DNA of 64,000 nucleotides from Thalia democratica (lineage: Eukaryota), in the NCBI GenBank assembly GCA_965202585.1, contig OZ241831.1:12462001-12526000 (forward strand), given 5' to 3'. The notes below the pieces were generated by a model. It saw only the letters and a program-made list of their open reading frames with translations. It had not been told where the DNA came from and did no database searches. The stretch's first letter is position 1. Each line of letters starts with the position of its first letter. A program made the position numbers and the translations under genes. Of the stretch, positions 1 through 12,600 are shown in pieces.

Positions 1-96
1 ACGTTGAACGCAGGAATCAGTGCAAACATCCAACTTATCTGCGGAAGTAATCACAAGAACAGAAGCTAACAAGACGAAAATGTTGAACAACGACAT
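1..96 (-). CDS. First coding exon (partial, runs off window) of a secreted or membrane protein with N-terminal signal peptide
   Basis: Minus strand from ATG at 96 reads MSLFNIFVLLASVLVITSA-DKLDVCTDSCVQR with no stop to base 1. It has a hydrophobic h-region and a small-residue cleavage site, an AAAA-ATG context, and a CCTTAACAG acceptor 18 nt upstream (exon starts at 114). Confidence 0.7.
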   Translation of the reverse strand, partial: MSLFNIFVLLASVLVITSADKLDVCTDSCVQR

Positions 97-1151
97 TTTA
101 AGTTTAAATATGCCTGTTAAGGGTTTTTAAAAGTTCAAAAAATTATAAAGTTAATTTTGTTTTGTTTATATAACAAAACTATTTAAAATAATGGAAATTA
201 CCCTTCTGTTCTTAGTTAAAAAATATATATTAGGACTCTAATGAAAATTCTTTGTTAATAACTATATATTTTAATAAATATATATACTTATTATTAGAAA
301 AATACACCAGTCAAACTATATTTATCAATTAAAAAAAAACAACAAATTTAATGTTATAGTATTTTATTGTTTTTATTTTTATTTCAATAAAATTTTTATT
401 TAACTATTATTTTATAAAACAAGATCTAATGATTTTAAAATTTTGTTTGTAGAAAAGTATATCTAAAGCAACTTTTATCTCAGTGACAAATTGACAAAAA
501 CATATAGAAATGTTAATTGATGATTCAGCTTTTACACTTTGTATTCAATCATTGAGAAAACTACCATATGTTGTTATTTCCAGTAAATTTTGAAAAGCTG
601 GTTTATTTTTAGAAATATTGTGTAACAAAAATGACCTTTATTTTTGTGTTTACGGAACTTAAAGTTTGCAAAACAAGTATTTCAGGATATATACTTTAGA
701 TATAAAATATAGGTATTTAGCTTTTTAATATAAAATTGAGGATAAAATATTCGAGAACATGTTTTATTTAGTTTCACGTACGAAGTTTTACAATGAAATG
801 AAGAAATATAAGCTTAAAATTATATAAAAATCAGTAAATTTATAAATTAAAAATTATTTTAAACTATTAATTTCGATCTTGCAATAAAACTATTAGTTAT
901 AAATGCTTATTATTTCGTTGCAAATATTGTAAAAGCAAGCTTTTTTATTAAAGGTTCGGAAGTTTAAAACGATCGAAATTTTGTAGCAAAAGTTTGATAT
1001 AAAATAAAAGTTTAAAAAATAAATGTCTCATTTTTTGTAGAAAAGCATTTAATTTTATGATTTCCGAAGTTTTGGAAAATATTTTAACAATTGAAAGCTT
1101 TAAAACAGAAAAAATAATATAGCAAAGTTTTATTAATTCAGTTTTCTTTAT

Positions 1152-1160
1152 ACTTACCTT
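1152..1160 (-). other. Candidate splice donor ending the 5'UTR exon of the minus-strand gene at 1-114
   Basis: Minus strand reads AAG|GTAAGT, a perfect consensus donor about 1 kb upstream of the acceptor at 115. Confidence 0.35.
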
Positions 1161-1446
1161 TATACCACTGATTTACAGATTAAGTTAGTTGTCAAAATAT
1201 TCAAAAATTACTATAACGAATGTTGAGCTGATGCCAAGTATTTTATTTTATGCATACTACTTCATTTTGTATTTCAAAAAATTGTTCATTTGAAATTTTA
1301 TAGACATAATATTTAATTGTAGTATGTACTTATTCTTTCAAACTTTTTCTTTTAGGTTAAAAGTCTACTTTTACAAAAAAATGAAGATTGCGATGATTAA
1401 TAATTAAAGATATTAGCATATCTTATAATATTTATTATACGTAACT

Positions 1447-1535
1447 AGTATTTGGTGCTGGGGTCTGTTGCACGAAGAACCTTCGGTTATCGAGTAGCAC
1501 ACCACGGATACATTTTGACGTTTTGTACAGGACAA
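1447..1535. repeat. Dispersed ~90-bp repeat, copy 1 (SINE/MITE-like fragment)
   Basis: Aligns by eye to the reverse complement of 62590-62681 (shared core TTCGGTTATCGAGT.GCACACCACGGA.AC.TTT..ACG..TTGT.CAGGACAA). Confidence 0.8.
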
Positions 1536-2734
1536 AGATTATAAAAACTCAAAATTAAACGACAAAATACAAAGATTATTAGGTTTTTTTGTAAATTAAC
1601 TTTAAATTAGGTAAAGTTTTTAAAAGTTAATCATACTTAAAACTCTCAAGTTTTTGTACTAAAAACACAATATTTTTCAATTAAACAACACACAATATTA
1701 ATATGTAATTCAAAACAAAGCTTAAATCATTACAAACAAAATATTAAAAACAAGTTCATTGAAACAAATTTTTAACAAAAAGTTGTTACCTCACAAACAC
1801 TTTTAAAATTTGTAAGTTGGTATTATTTTTAATAATTTGAAATATTTTTTTTTGTGTTTAAAACACTTATTTATGGTAACAGTGTCTTGCTTTGTTTCAA
1901 CAAAAATGCTTAAAAACAGACTTTTAGCTGATGCAAAAAATATACAATAGTTAGAAAAATTATAAGCTTAAGGAAATGTTTTTTTATGTTATAGTTATAA
2001 CTCATATTATCAAATATAAAACTTAAATGCAAAGTTATATAAAACAGACATTAAATATATAAAGTTTTGACAATGCCAATTTAAACACTAAAGTTTTTAA
2101 GAGTTTTTTTTTATTTAACTTAATTCTACTGAAAAGTACTAAAAAAATGGAAACTTAAGGTAAGTACACCATTGTTTTCAGTAAATGGTTTTTATCAGAA
2201 AATTTACAAAAACAAGTTTCGTAATAAAAACGTCATATGTTTGTGTTTCTTATAAACGCAAATAGATCGTTCTATTTCGGTGTATTTTTCTATGCATTAC
2301 ATTTTTGTTTACTTTAACTATATGTATTAGATAATTGTAAAAATAGATAAGATCGTAGCTCTTACTTTACCTAGTACGTAAATTTTACAATTAAAAAACT
2401 TTTACAGTTTATTTTATAAACAATAGAAAAACCGCTGTCAACAGATTTGTGTTAGATAGTTTTCAAAAAAAATATTATGTCTCGAGTCTAACTAAAAATT
2501 TTGAATTCTATAAAAACTGACGTATAGTTAAGTTTTTCAGGTTTTATATAAAAACTTATGTTAAAATTGCCTTGAACCTCTATGGCTATATTGATTTAAA
2601 CAATTATTTCAATAAATAAAACTTAGTCTAATGAACATTTTAAAAGACTTTTAGTTATTAAACAAAAATGATTTAACTTGTAATTATTTAGGCTATCTTA
2701 AGCAAAGCTAAGATGTTACACCATCGTTCAAGAT

Positions 2735-2869
2735 GCACTAGACTTCACCATTTAACCATCAACAACCCTCAATCTGCGATCTGGTTTCGTCCTTATTGGC
2801 CGAGTCAACAAGAACGAAAACAGATCGCAGGTTGACTGTTGTTGATGGTCGGGTGGTGAATTCTAGTGC
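2735..2869. repeat. 135-bp imperfect palindrome (foldback); MITE-like or hairpin RNA
   Basis: Arms of about 66 nt (GCACTAGACTTCACCA...AATCTGCGATCTG and CAGATCGCAGGTTG...TGGTGAATTCTAGTGC) are complementary with essentially no spacer. Confidence 0.85.
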
Positions 2870-4287
2870 TCATCAAGTAAAAACTAGTGTGTGTATTAAT
2901 TATTAGACAAAAAATGGCTGTGCCGATAAAATATTTTTCAAGCAAATAATAATTTAGAATATTAATTTATTAAAGAAAATATTTGTATTTTGAATTGTGA
3001 AAACAAGACTTTCTAAAATTTAAACTTGTTTAAAGCCTTAAAAATTAAGCAAATATTCTTTTAATCATAATTTACGGCTTTTTACTTGTTTTTTTTTTTA
3101 ACTGTTTGTTTTAAAAAATTAAGTAGTATACTTGAACTAACTTAAATAACTAGTCTACATGGAGATTTTAAAGACTTGAAAATAAAGTTGATGCATCTAT
3201 TTAACTAGATTATAGATCTCAATAGGACACTTAATATACGCATATACAAAGACGCCATTAACTTTATTGTATAGCTAGTATTTACTTTTATTTTCAAACA
3301 CCATGTAAACATTAATTATTGTTTCAAGTATTCTTACATAAATTTTTAACATACACAATTTTATTGAAATTAAGTATAAAAGTTTATTTTAAAACATTAA
3401 GGAAAAGCATGTGCTTAAAAGCTACAACACTATTTTTAAGGTTGATACACTACACAAAAAACAAAGGTTTTAGCGTTTTAATACATTTGTATTATCTTAA
3501 ATATAAATTCACAGTCTAAACCACAAGTATCAAAAAATTTTAATGTCTTATTAACTCAATTTATATCTTTTTCATAAGTATTTGTTTCACTAATGTTTCT
3601 TAGGAGTTGTTGAACTCCTTTATAAGTTAATATAATAAGTTAAGTAAAGTTATTATATATAGCTTTAAAACTATAAACTATACTGAGTAAGATTTATTAA
3701 TTTAAATAAAAACTATTTTTAAAATAACAAAGTTGCGTATATAATAAACTTTTAATATGCACAAGAAAAAGTATACTAAGGCTGTGTTTCCCAATAGTAT
3801 GGAGTGTAACAGAATTAATTTGTTACTTTACACATTATGTTTTGTAGTGATATAACTGCTTAAAAAATAAGTCCACTTGTCTGTTTACAACTCTTTTTAT
3901 TAGATTTTTAGAAGTTTTTATACAATTCGTGGTAAAAAAGACAGTGGGTGAAATAGCAATTTTTCGAAAACAATAAAGTTTTGGTGACATAACTTTTTCA
4001 GCAAATTATTAATTTTAAAACTGCTGGACAAAAGTATAAGTATAAAGAAAATTTTTAGAGATTAATTGTTTTTTAACTTTTTACATTACAAAGAAAGAAA
4101 ACCGTTTTTTTTGTTACTACAAAATAAACGCGTAGAATACTACTTATATATTTTTAAGTTATTGCTTTTTTAGTTTAGGTAAAAACTACTAACTAATGTT
4201 ATATAGGAGTATTTATTACTAGTGACTGTTTTTTTTTAATTTATGTATAAACGCGGTGCTGTGCTGTACCTACCCATAAGTTTAAAT

Positions 4288-5303
4288 GGGTCAAAAAAGC
4301 GCGGCGTCACTTTAGCATAGAGTGACACTCTAGCACGTAGTGACAGTTTAGCACGGAGTGTCACTTTAGCACGGAGTGACAGTTTAGCACGGAGTGTCAC
4401 TTTAGCACAGCGTCACTTTAGCACGGAGTGACACTTAAGCACGGAAGTTATTTTGCAAAATTTTTAAAAATGTTTATACAACATTTGTACTATTATGTGT
4501 GATAATCTAAAATAGAACTACGGAACATGTAAACTAAAAGTTAACAAGCTGTATATGTGGTACAAGTTAAAGATTCAACTAAAACTTCGTGTATGAATTG
4601 TACTTCTAGCTGTTTTAAAGCAAACTTTATCTTTTTACTGATAAGTTATTATCAAATCTAAAAAAAATATTAGTTTGTTCTAAAACTTTGAAGATAATTT
4701 TATACTTTTACTGAAATATTTTCAACATAAAAGTATTTATACAAACCTAGTAACATATACGAGCTCTAGGTTCCTTAAAACTTTTTTAATAAGTTAAAAT
4801 TAATTTTGTAAGGTAAGTTAAAAAAAAAAAAAGGCATTTAATATGAATAAAAATATACATTAATAAATGATAAACAATTTACCTTTGTTTTTTAAAAGCT
4901 CTGATAATTTGATAGACTGTTAGAAATTTATTCAATTCATTTTTAAATACATATAGCTTTAGTAATCGTAAAAAATAAGAAGTTAAGTTCTAATCACGCT
5001 TCTCTAACTTTTTAAAGTATTTATCTATGGGTTATAAAATCTATACTAGCTTGACTACTAAGGGTAAATAAACTTAACTCAAAAATTTATCTGTTTGTTT
5101 AGCCATTTTATTATTTTAATTGTTTTAAAACTTTAAGAAACAGCTTAAATTAAAGTCATATTATTAAAGTCATTGTTTCTACAACGTTATATTTATAACT
5201 ACTTTAAAAGTATCTAAAAACAAAACTAGAATAAGTAAACTTAAAAAAAGTCTAGTTGTAAACTGAAGTGCTAAAGTGATGCTGTGCTTTTCTGACACCT
5301 ACC
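4288..5303. mobile_element. Degenerate non-autonomous TIR element (~1 kb) with GGGT(AGGT)-type termini
   Basis: Left end GGGT-CAAAAAAGCGCGGCGTCACTTTAGCA matches the reverse complement of the right end GTGCTAAAGTGATGCTGTGCTTTCTGACACCTACCC. A second right-end remnant (GCTGTGCTGTACCTACCC) lies at 4258-4275. No clean TSD. Confidence 0.55.
4306..4448 (+). repeat. 18-bp tandem array, 8 copies, consensus G(A/T)CA(C/G)TTTAGCACGGAGT
   Basis: Units read directly from the sequence; one is truncated to 16 bp. Confidence 0.92.
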
Positions 5304-6337
5304 CAAATAAGTAGTATCATCTGCAAATGCTACTAAAAAAGGTACAGTAATTAGTTAATAAGTGTTGGTTACGTTGTTATATTTACATAAGTAACAACTT
5401 GTTTTTTAAGTTAAAAGCTTCAAACTTTGTAAACATAATTTTTTTTTATTTATACAAGGTAATCGATTTATCTTTAAAACTTTCATTTTACTTTTTGATT
5501 AAGAATATATATGCAAATTAAATATTATTAAATTTAAATAAGATATTTTTTTTAGTTTAATATACTGTATCTAATAAGTTTTTTGATTACTTCCACACTA
5601 AGCTAAAACCAACAATCTTTCTATTACATCAAATACCATGAGCCATTAGAAATATTATAACTAGAAAAATAAAAAACTTTACAAAATAACTTACTACCAT
5701 TGAAAAGAAGCTATCAATGCAATGTTGAATAAACTCTAAAACTACAACGTAATTTTAAATTTTTTTACTAGTTGTTCTAAAATAAATATAAAATCAAAAC
5801 CTCTTTTATCCGAGACTTTGCAAAAGTTGCAAACTTTAACATACTAACCTCGATTGCTAGCAACAAAATCAAAAAAAATACATTTTGAATTTGCTCAATC
5901 AAAAAAGCATAAGTCTATAAATCAGTTTGTATTGAAATATATATATTTGTTCATAGTTTCAAGTTTATTTCTACTTATAACAAAATTGATACTTCTAATT
6001 TTTTATTTCATTAATAGATTTATTAACCAATCTTTTTAGGTCCACCTCTTATTGTCTTTAGTTTATTTCAAACTTAATGCAAGTTTTTTTTTTTGTTATA
6101 AACTACACCTAGTTCATAGAATAGTTTTATATTTGAAGTTCTAAGCTGAACAAAACTTAGTTCATAGAACCTATAAATATTAATTGGAAAGTTTTGTATT
6201 CGAATTTTTCTTACAAATAACTAAAACATTTTATATTACGTCACATAGTCAAGTTGACAGTTAAAACTTGAACCATAAAATCTTTCTATCTAAGGTTTGA
6301 ATGCAAAGCAACAATTAACAACGAAAATTAATTAAGC

Positions 6338-6656
6338 ATGTACTTAACTGCATTTAATTTAAAGAAAAGTGACTATGATCACTTGGTTGATCAGATAAAA
6401 ATAAATGAATACTTCAGAGATTTTTTTAACAAATTTTGCTGTTTACCTATATTTGGTCAGAGAGTAGCTTTTCATCAGTCTGGTAAGCACCTTTTGTTGG
6501 ATCCTTTTCTAAAAGACAAGACTGAAAGACTTTCAGATAAAAGCCAAGACTACATATTAAAATGGTTTTTGTCACAACGGTATGAGCTCTTTAACCAATC
6601 TCGTTTTGGGTGTGAATTCAAACTTTTTCTAAGTTTAAGAATGTTTCAGTTTACAG
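6338..6656 (+). CDS. RGS22-like exon 1
   Basis: ATG at 6338; family N-terminal motif; donor G|GTGAAA, phase 1. Confidence 0.85.
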
Positions 6657-9600
6657 GTGAAAATTTGTGTTTACATTTTAAAGTTTTATACATCGTATTA
6701 AAAGTTTTTGGTTTGTCGCTATGAAAAAACCTAATAGTTGATTAACTTTTTTTTTATTTAAAGTTTAAAACTATGATTGAGATTACTTAAGAACTTTTAT
6801 AAATAAACTAAATAGAAATTATTTTAAACAAGTGTAGAACGCTAATGTAGCACATAAACAAAAGGAAGTTCTAATGTTTTTTTATAGGTTATACATTTTG
6901 TATTGTAATTATTAAAAAGTATACATTTTTCTAAGCTACAATGTGACTATAAATATGTATCTTTTTATCGTGTTGTTAACTTGTAAGTTTCTATATTTTT
7001 TCATACATACGTATGCCTCAACTTTGGCTTATTCACTTGCTTGATTTTTACTTTAGATTTTAATTGTAATAATTTAGTATAAGTTAATCTAAAGCATGTT
7101 TAAAAAAACTTTCAAGACGATAGGGGTTACTTTTGTGTATAATACACTACTGGTATAGGTATTATAGTAACTTTTGTAGGTATTGTAGTTTAAATTAGTA
7201 GATAATAAGCTTCAGATAAAGATATCGACTTCAAAGATAAAATTAACGAATTTACTTGCTGTTAATACACGAAAATAGAGTCAAAAACTTTTTTTTTTAC
7301 AAATATACGTTAGGAAATAATTTCATTGCTAATATTTTGTTAGACAGTTAATAAATTCTTAAATTTTTATTTTTCTTATACTTTTATGCTGTATATGTTT
7401 TTAAAACTTTCGTAAATTATCCTTGCATAATAAAAAAAATTGACTACATAAATTTTTAATATACCATTAAGCATTTTATGACTTAAGTTAAAATTTGCAA
7501 ATAGTTTATAATTAACAGAAGTTTATTCTTATCCAAATCATAAAAAAATATTAAGTACAATTGTTTTAATCTAATATCGACTAGACTGAAAAAGTTTTAA
7601 AAAAATGCTAAAAAAACCATAGAATATATTTTCTAATTAAATATCTATAAAAAGCTTATTGAAATATCTATCTTATCTGTTGTATATCAAAAATGTTTTG
7701 AACTTTCAAAAGAGGTAAAAGCAACTTGTAGCTTGGTAAAAAAAGTAAACTGTAAGCTAAAACCAAGTTGTATAAAAACTGTCCTACTCCCCTATATGAC
7801 TTTAGTGTGAACAATCTTTTTCAAGAAACTCCGTTTAATTTTATTAAAGTATACTATTTTTATAATCAAAAACGAAAACACTTGTTCGTTTATGAATAAG
7901 TTAAAGCCGTTTTTTAGTTACAGAAAATAATATGTTTTTTAGATCCTTACATTGAAAAATTGAAAAACAAGTATTTAGCAAGAGTTTCACATATGCGGAA
8001 ATTTATCAACTTTGTCGAAGAAAGCACAACAGAATCCGAAATTATCACGTAAAATTGAAATATTGTCTATTAACTTAATGAATAAAGTTACTAGTACTCT
8101 AATTTTGCTAATTTTGAAAAAAAAAACCTAAAGATAAAATATATTACCACAGATGTTTTTGTGTTAAAACTTTATTCCGACTAACGGCGTTACACTGCTC
8201 TCAAATAAATTTAAGAACAGATCTACGGAGTTTTAAAAAAATCTCTAAGAATAGGCTCTAAGAATTTTTTTGAGACTCCGTAGATCTGCTCTTAAATTTA
8301 TTTGAGAGCAGTGAAACACCGTTAGTCGGGATTAAAGTTTTAACACAAAAACATCTGTGGTATGTATTCCGATAAGCTTAGCTTATCAGGATCTCTAGGA
8401 TTTAACGCCTTTTAATATTACATCTGATAAAATATATTACATTTTTTATTAGAACTTTTTTCTTTTATGATAGTGATTATCAACTTGATAATGTTGAACT
8501 TTTTATTATTCTTGACTTAAAAGTGTAGTGTTTGAGTCGTAATCATTACAACAGTAACATTAAACGACTTGCATTTTATCAGGTACTGGCTTGATGTTGA
8601 ACAAATAAAACAAAAGCAAATGCTGTGCAAAAAACTTCGCTCCATCCAAGTCAAGTACTTCATGAAGAGCAGCCCTCACACTTTGCCATCATGCATGTTG
8701 AAGCAAGTTTTTACGGGTCGGTAAGCCATCAAGCTACAAAAACAATGCTAATTATAAACAAGCAAGCTCAAACCTCTACAGTCTATACGAATAATTTTTT
8801 TTCTTTGTTAGATCAGAAAATGGCGACGTTCGGATACGATGAAATAGTTTTGTTGAGTGACATCATAATGAAGCGTCTAACGTCACACTGGTTGAAGTTT
8901 TTCGTAATATCTTGTTACAAGAGTAAAAAGAAAACAACCATTGCTGCAAAAAAGGTACTTACATATATGTGTTGTTTTTTATTGTTCAAACTATACGATC
9001 ACACTTGCCTTAATAAATCAATTATTTAAATTTTACACTACAGCTGAACAAAAAAATTGCTAATGTTTTTTTTTTTTATTTTACATAACTTTTGTCTTAT
9101 CTAATATATTTTAAAGTACATAGCTAATAAAATTTTTCTTTACTATGACTGCTACCACTATCTTTAACATAATTTAAACTCTCTTATTTATATCAGTCTT
9201 TAACTATATAATTTAAAACTTGATAATCAGTTGATTTAAATTAAAATATTTAACAAGTAATTGTTTGTTTATCTATTAACATATAACTTAGATAATGGTT
9301 AGCTCAAATGATAAGTTTGATAAAAACTTCGTAACATGAAACAAATTAATGAAGTCTATTACTAAAAGCTAAGTATTAAAAAAAGTTTAAAACTAATCGT
9401 AAAATTTAAGTAATAAATTTCAACCCTTTTTAAGTACTTTTATAGGTATACTTTGATGATTTTTATAGTATATAAAACTTCTATCATTCATAAAAAAAGT
9501 TAAACTTTTAAACCAAAATACTGACGAATATTTCAGTGTTATAGTCCTGTAGTCACATATGTACTATGCAGTCTTGTTTTATAAGAAAACTCTTTTATTG

Positions 9601-12600
9601 CAAAGTTTTAACATTTTAAATTCAAACAATACTAAACACACACACTTAAACAGTGTTCATTGCTTTTACATACAACTTTATAAAAAAACAATACTATTTT
9701 TTTTATGTTAAAGTTTATGTCTGATGAATTTTATTTTTCATAAGAAAGCAGCGATGAAGCTGGACAGCGAAGCGAAACGCCGTCACATGGAACTGGTGTT
9801 CGATTCCAGCTGCGCCAACATAGGCAACAAGGGCGACATACCGGCTGCGATTCAACTCGTTCTGCGCGGCAGCAAGCTCATGAACAGCATGAGTTCTTCC
9901 GAATCTGAAACTCACACCGAAACCAGGTTGAAAAATTATTAGCTCGTGTTTTGTTTCTTAAATATTTGTATTTACTATGGGTGTTTTTTTTTGTTATCAA
10001 AGTAAGAATACTTATACGTACTCTAGGAAAAAAATCATCCTACCTTTATACAGTATCTAGGATCTAAGATTGTGTTTTACACTTGCGACCAGTTTACTTT
10101 ATTTGACCAAAAAGTGCATTGCTAAATTTGTTTCAATAAAGAGTAAGCTATAGCTGCAGATTTAAGTGTGTAAGTTTGTTATAAGGCTGCAGTCTTAAAA
10201 AGAAATAATTTCTCTCAACAAGTCTTTATTAAACGCAATAAACTGTTTTAAGTGATATAATTCTAACTATTAACGTGACAAACATAAACCAACCAGAACA
10301 ATTTGTGCGTAAGGATAGTAACAAAAATTATTGTATATGCTTAACTTAAATATTAATCATTTAATTTAATTACTATTAGTTTAAATCAAAATAGTATTTA
10401 TGATAAATTATAACTGTGTTGCTTGTTGTCAAAATAAACTAAAATTTTTAAAATCATAAACAAATAAAAGTTTTGAATAGTTGTATTAAAATCAGAAGTT
10501 TTAGCTTAAAATTAAATACGCTTTAAAACAATTACAAAAACAACTTTTTTCATGTTTGTTTTTATTACTTTTTCAATTATTTAGTAAATACTTTGCTTAG
10601 TGTCTGCACGTTTTCATTAGTTCCTATCTTTTGTTTAAACTGTAGTTTTTTTAAACCTTGTTGACTCTTTTACTAAACATAACTTACATAATATGGTTGT
10701 CCTCTACATAATGAATCTGTGTGAAGTCTTTCCTTAAAAACATATAATAACTTCACTTATTCAAAACTTTAAATAAAAAAGTATAAAAAACATTTTTTTA
10801 AGCTTAAAAACTCCGCAGTTCCAGCAACAGAAGCCTGGAGTCAATCGAGGAGGAGGATGATGAATCGGAAGAATCGATTTCCTCGTTCGTGCAACAAATT
10901 AAAGAGCAAGCTGTCATGGCCGCCAAAGAGAGAAGGGCCGAGTCTAAATGGAAGAAAGTTCAGCGCAGGATTATGAAAAGAATACCTCTGGATGAAAAGC
11001 CATCAACTGTTTCGAATGAAAGAAGAAATTTACCTGGAAAATTAGGTTTGTCAGAAAAGTCGCAAAAACTTAAAGTTCCCACGCTGATGGTGGATGAAGA
11101 ACTCGTTGATTTAGAAGATGAAAGTTTTCCGATAATTAAGGGATCACGAGAGTTGGTGAAGATCATTGAAGAAGATGAAAAACCTGATGAAACTTACATT
11201 AAGGGTGAATATTTAACCAGTTATTTTAAATAAGTTTATAAATTGTATTTAAGTTAAAAAAAACTACTTATTAGACTGTTTGTGTTGTTGCTAATGGAAA
11301 CTATAATAAATAAATCTTAAAAATAGTAAGTTATGATTTTAGATGTTGTATTTTAGATGTATAATTACATTATAGCGCCTCATTAAATTTTATTCTATCA
11401 CCTTCTATGAATTTATTTTGTATAAATTTACAGTTAACCCATTATTTAAAATAATTTTTAAAGTTGTTATGTCCGCGCAAACAAAAAAAATTGAAAAAAC
11501 AGTCGTAGACTTTTTTACACCATAAATTTGATGTTATAAACATGCCTAATACAAAAATAATAACTTTTTACGATTATAGAAATATAACGAAGTAAAATAT
11601 ACTATGAATATAAAACTTATAAATTGATACTTATTTAACGTACTGAACATTACTTTTTATAAATTTTAAGAACTTAATAGTGCTAAGAAAACTATTTTTT
11701 CTATAGTTTTATTTTTATCAAATAGTTTATCTGTTTTTTTAAAATCCTAATTAAATTCTAAAATGTAACTAAACTTTTACTGTGAAAAGTTCAAGTGTAA
11801 CAAAATCAAAGTATACAAACTGAACTTGACTTTAAAAACAGTATAGTACGTTCTGCTACTTTTATGACAATACAATTGCTTTTAAAACATATATTAAATT
11901 AGTTCTATACTTTCAGATGTAAAATCAGATGAACTCAAACAGGAATCGTCACTGTCTGTGCAGAGCAGCTTAGAAATTAGAAAAAGTAAAAGTTGCGAAA
12001 CGAGCACTACAACGAGCAAAGGCACGCCTCCCAGGCTGAAAAAAGTATTAACATTTGCTATGTAAAACTGTTGAACATTTGCTAATACTTTTGTTTTCTA
12101 GATACGTAGCAAGCAGTCAAGTCTACGTTCGAGCCTTTCTAGCAACTATTCAGTTGGGCGTTTAAGTGAAATCTCGTCAAAATCAGGTATTTTGTTTTTA
12201 TATCTATTTGTATGACATTGTGCTTTGAAAAAGTTATGAACATGAATTCTTGTTGTGATAGTTTTTGTTGTTTAGTAATGACATAGTGGTGGTATGTACT
12301 TCTATTGTACAATTTTTTTTTTCGAATAAAAAAATGTATTATTAAGTTTATGCTTTAAAAGTTATCACAATAGTTTTGATTTCAAATGTATGAAAAGTAA
12401 GTTTTTAAAATGACTTGTGTTATGCATATGAAACTTATGAAATGTTTTCGTAATTTAGATACTTTTTTAAATTTTATAGCTTTTTAGCTATTAAATTCTA
12501 GAACAGAGTATGATATACAGTCATTTATTTTTCCATCTAATTTTACTCACAACTTAAACGCAATAAAAAGAGCAACTAAAAGAAATGGTATCAAAAACGT

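Noticed and set aside
4306-4448. 18-bp array as a CRISPR or iteron-like locus
   Set aside because: Units are contiguous with no unique spacers, there are no cas or rep genes, and the context is eukaryotic.
3319-6039. Short F/L/K/I-rich ORFs here and throughout (e.g. 22016, 22305, 26651, 29263, 36495, 38028, 45065, 50103, 56252)
   Set aside because: Composition simply reflects AT-rich non-coding DNA; most have non-ATG starts, no splice context and no motifs.
8625-8811. N-terminal half of ORF 8625-9029
   Set aside because: It reads exon 3 out of frame and runs through an intron; only 8812-8954 is coding in that frame.
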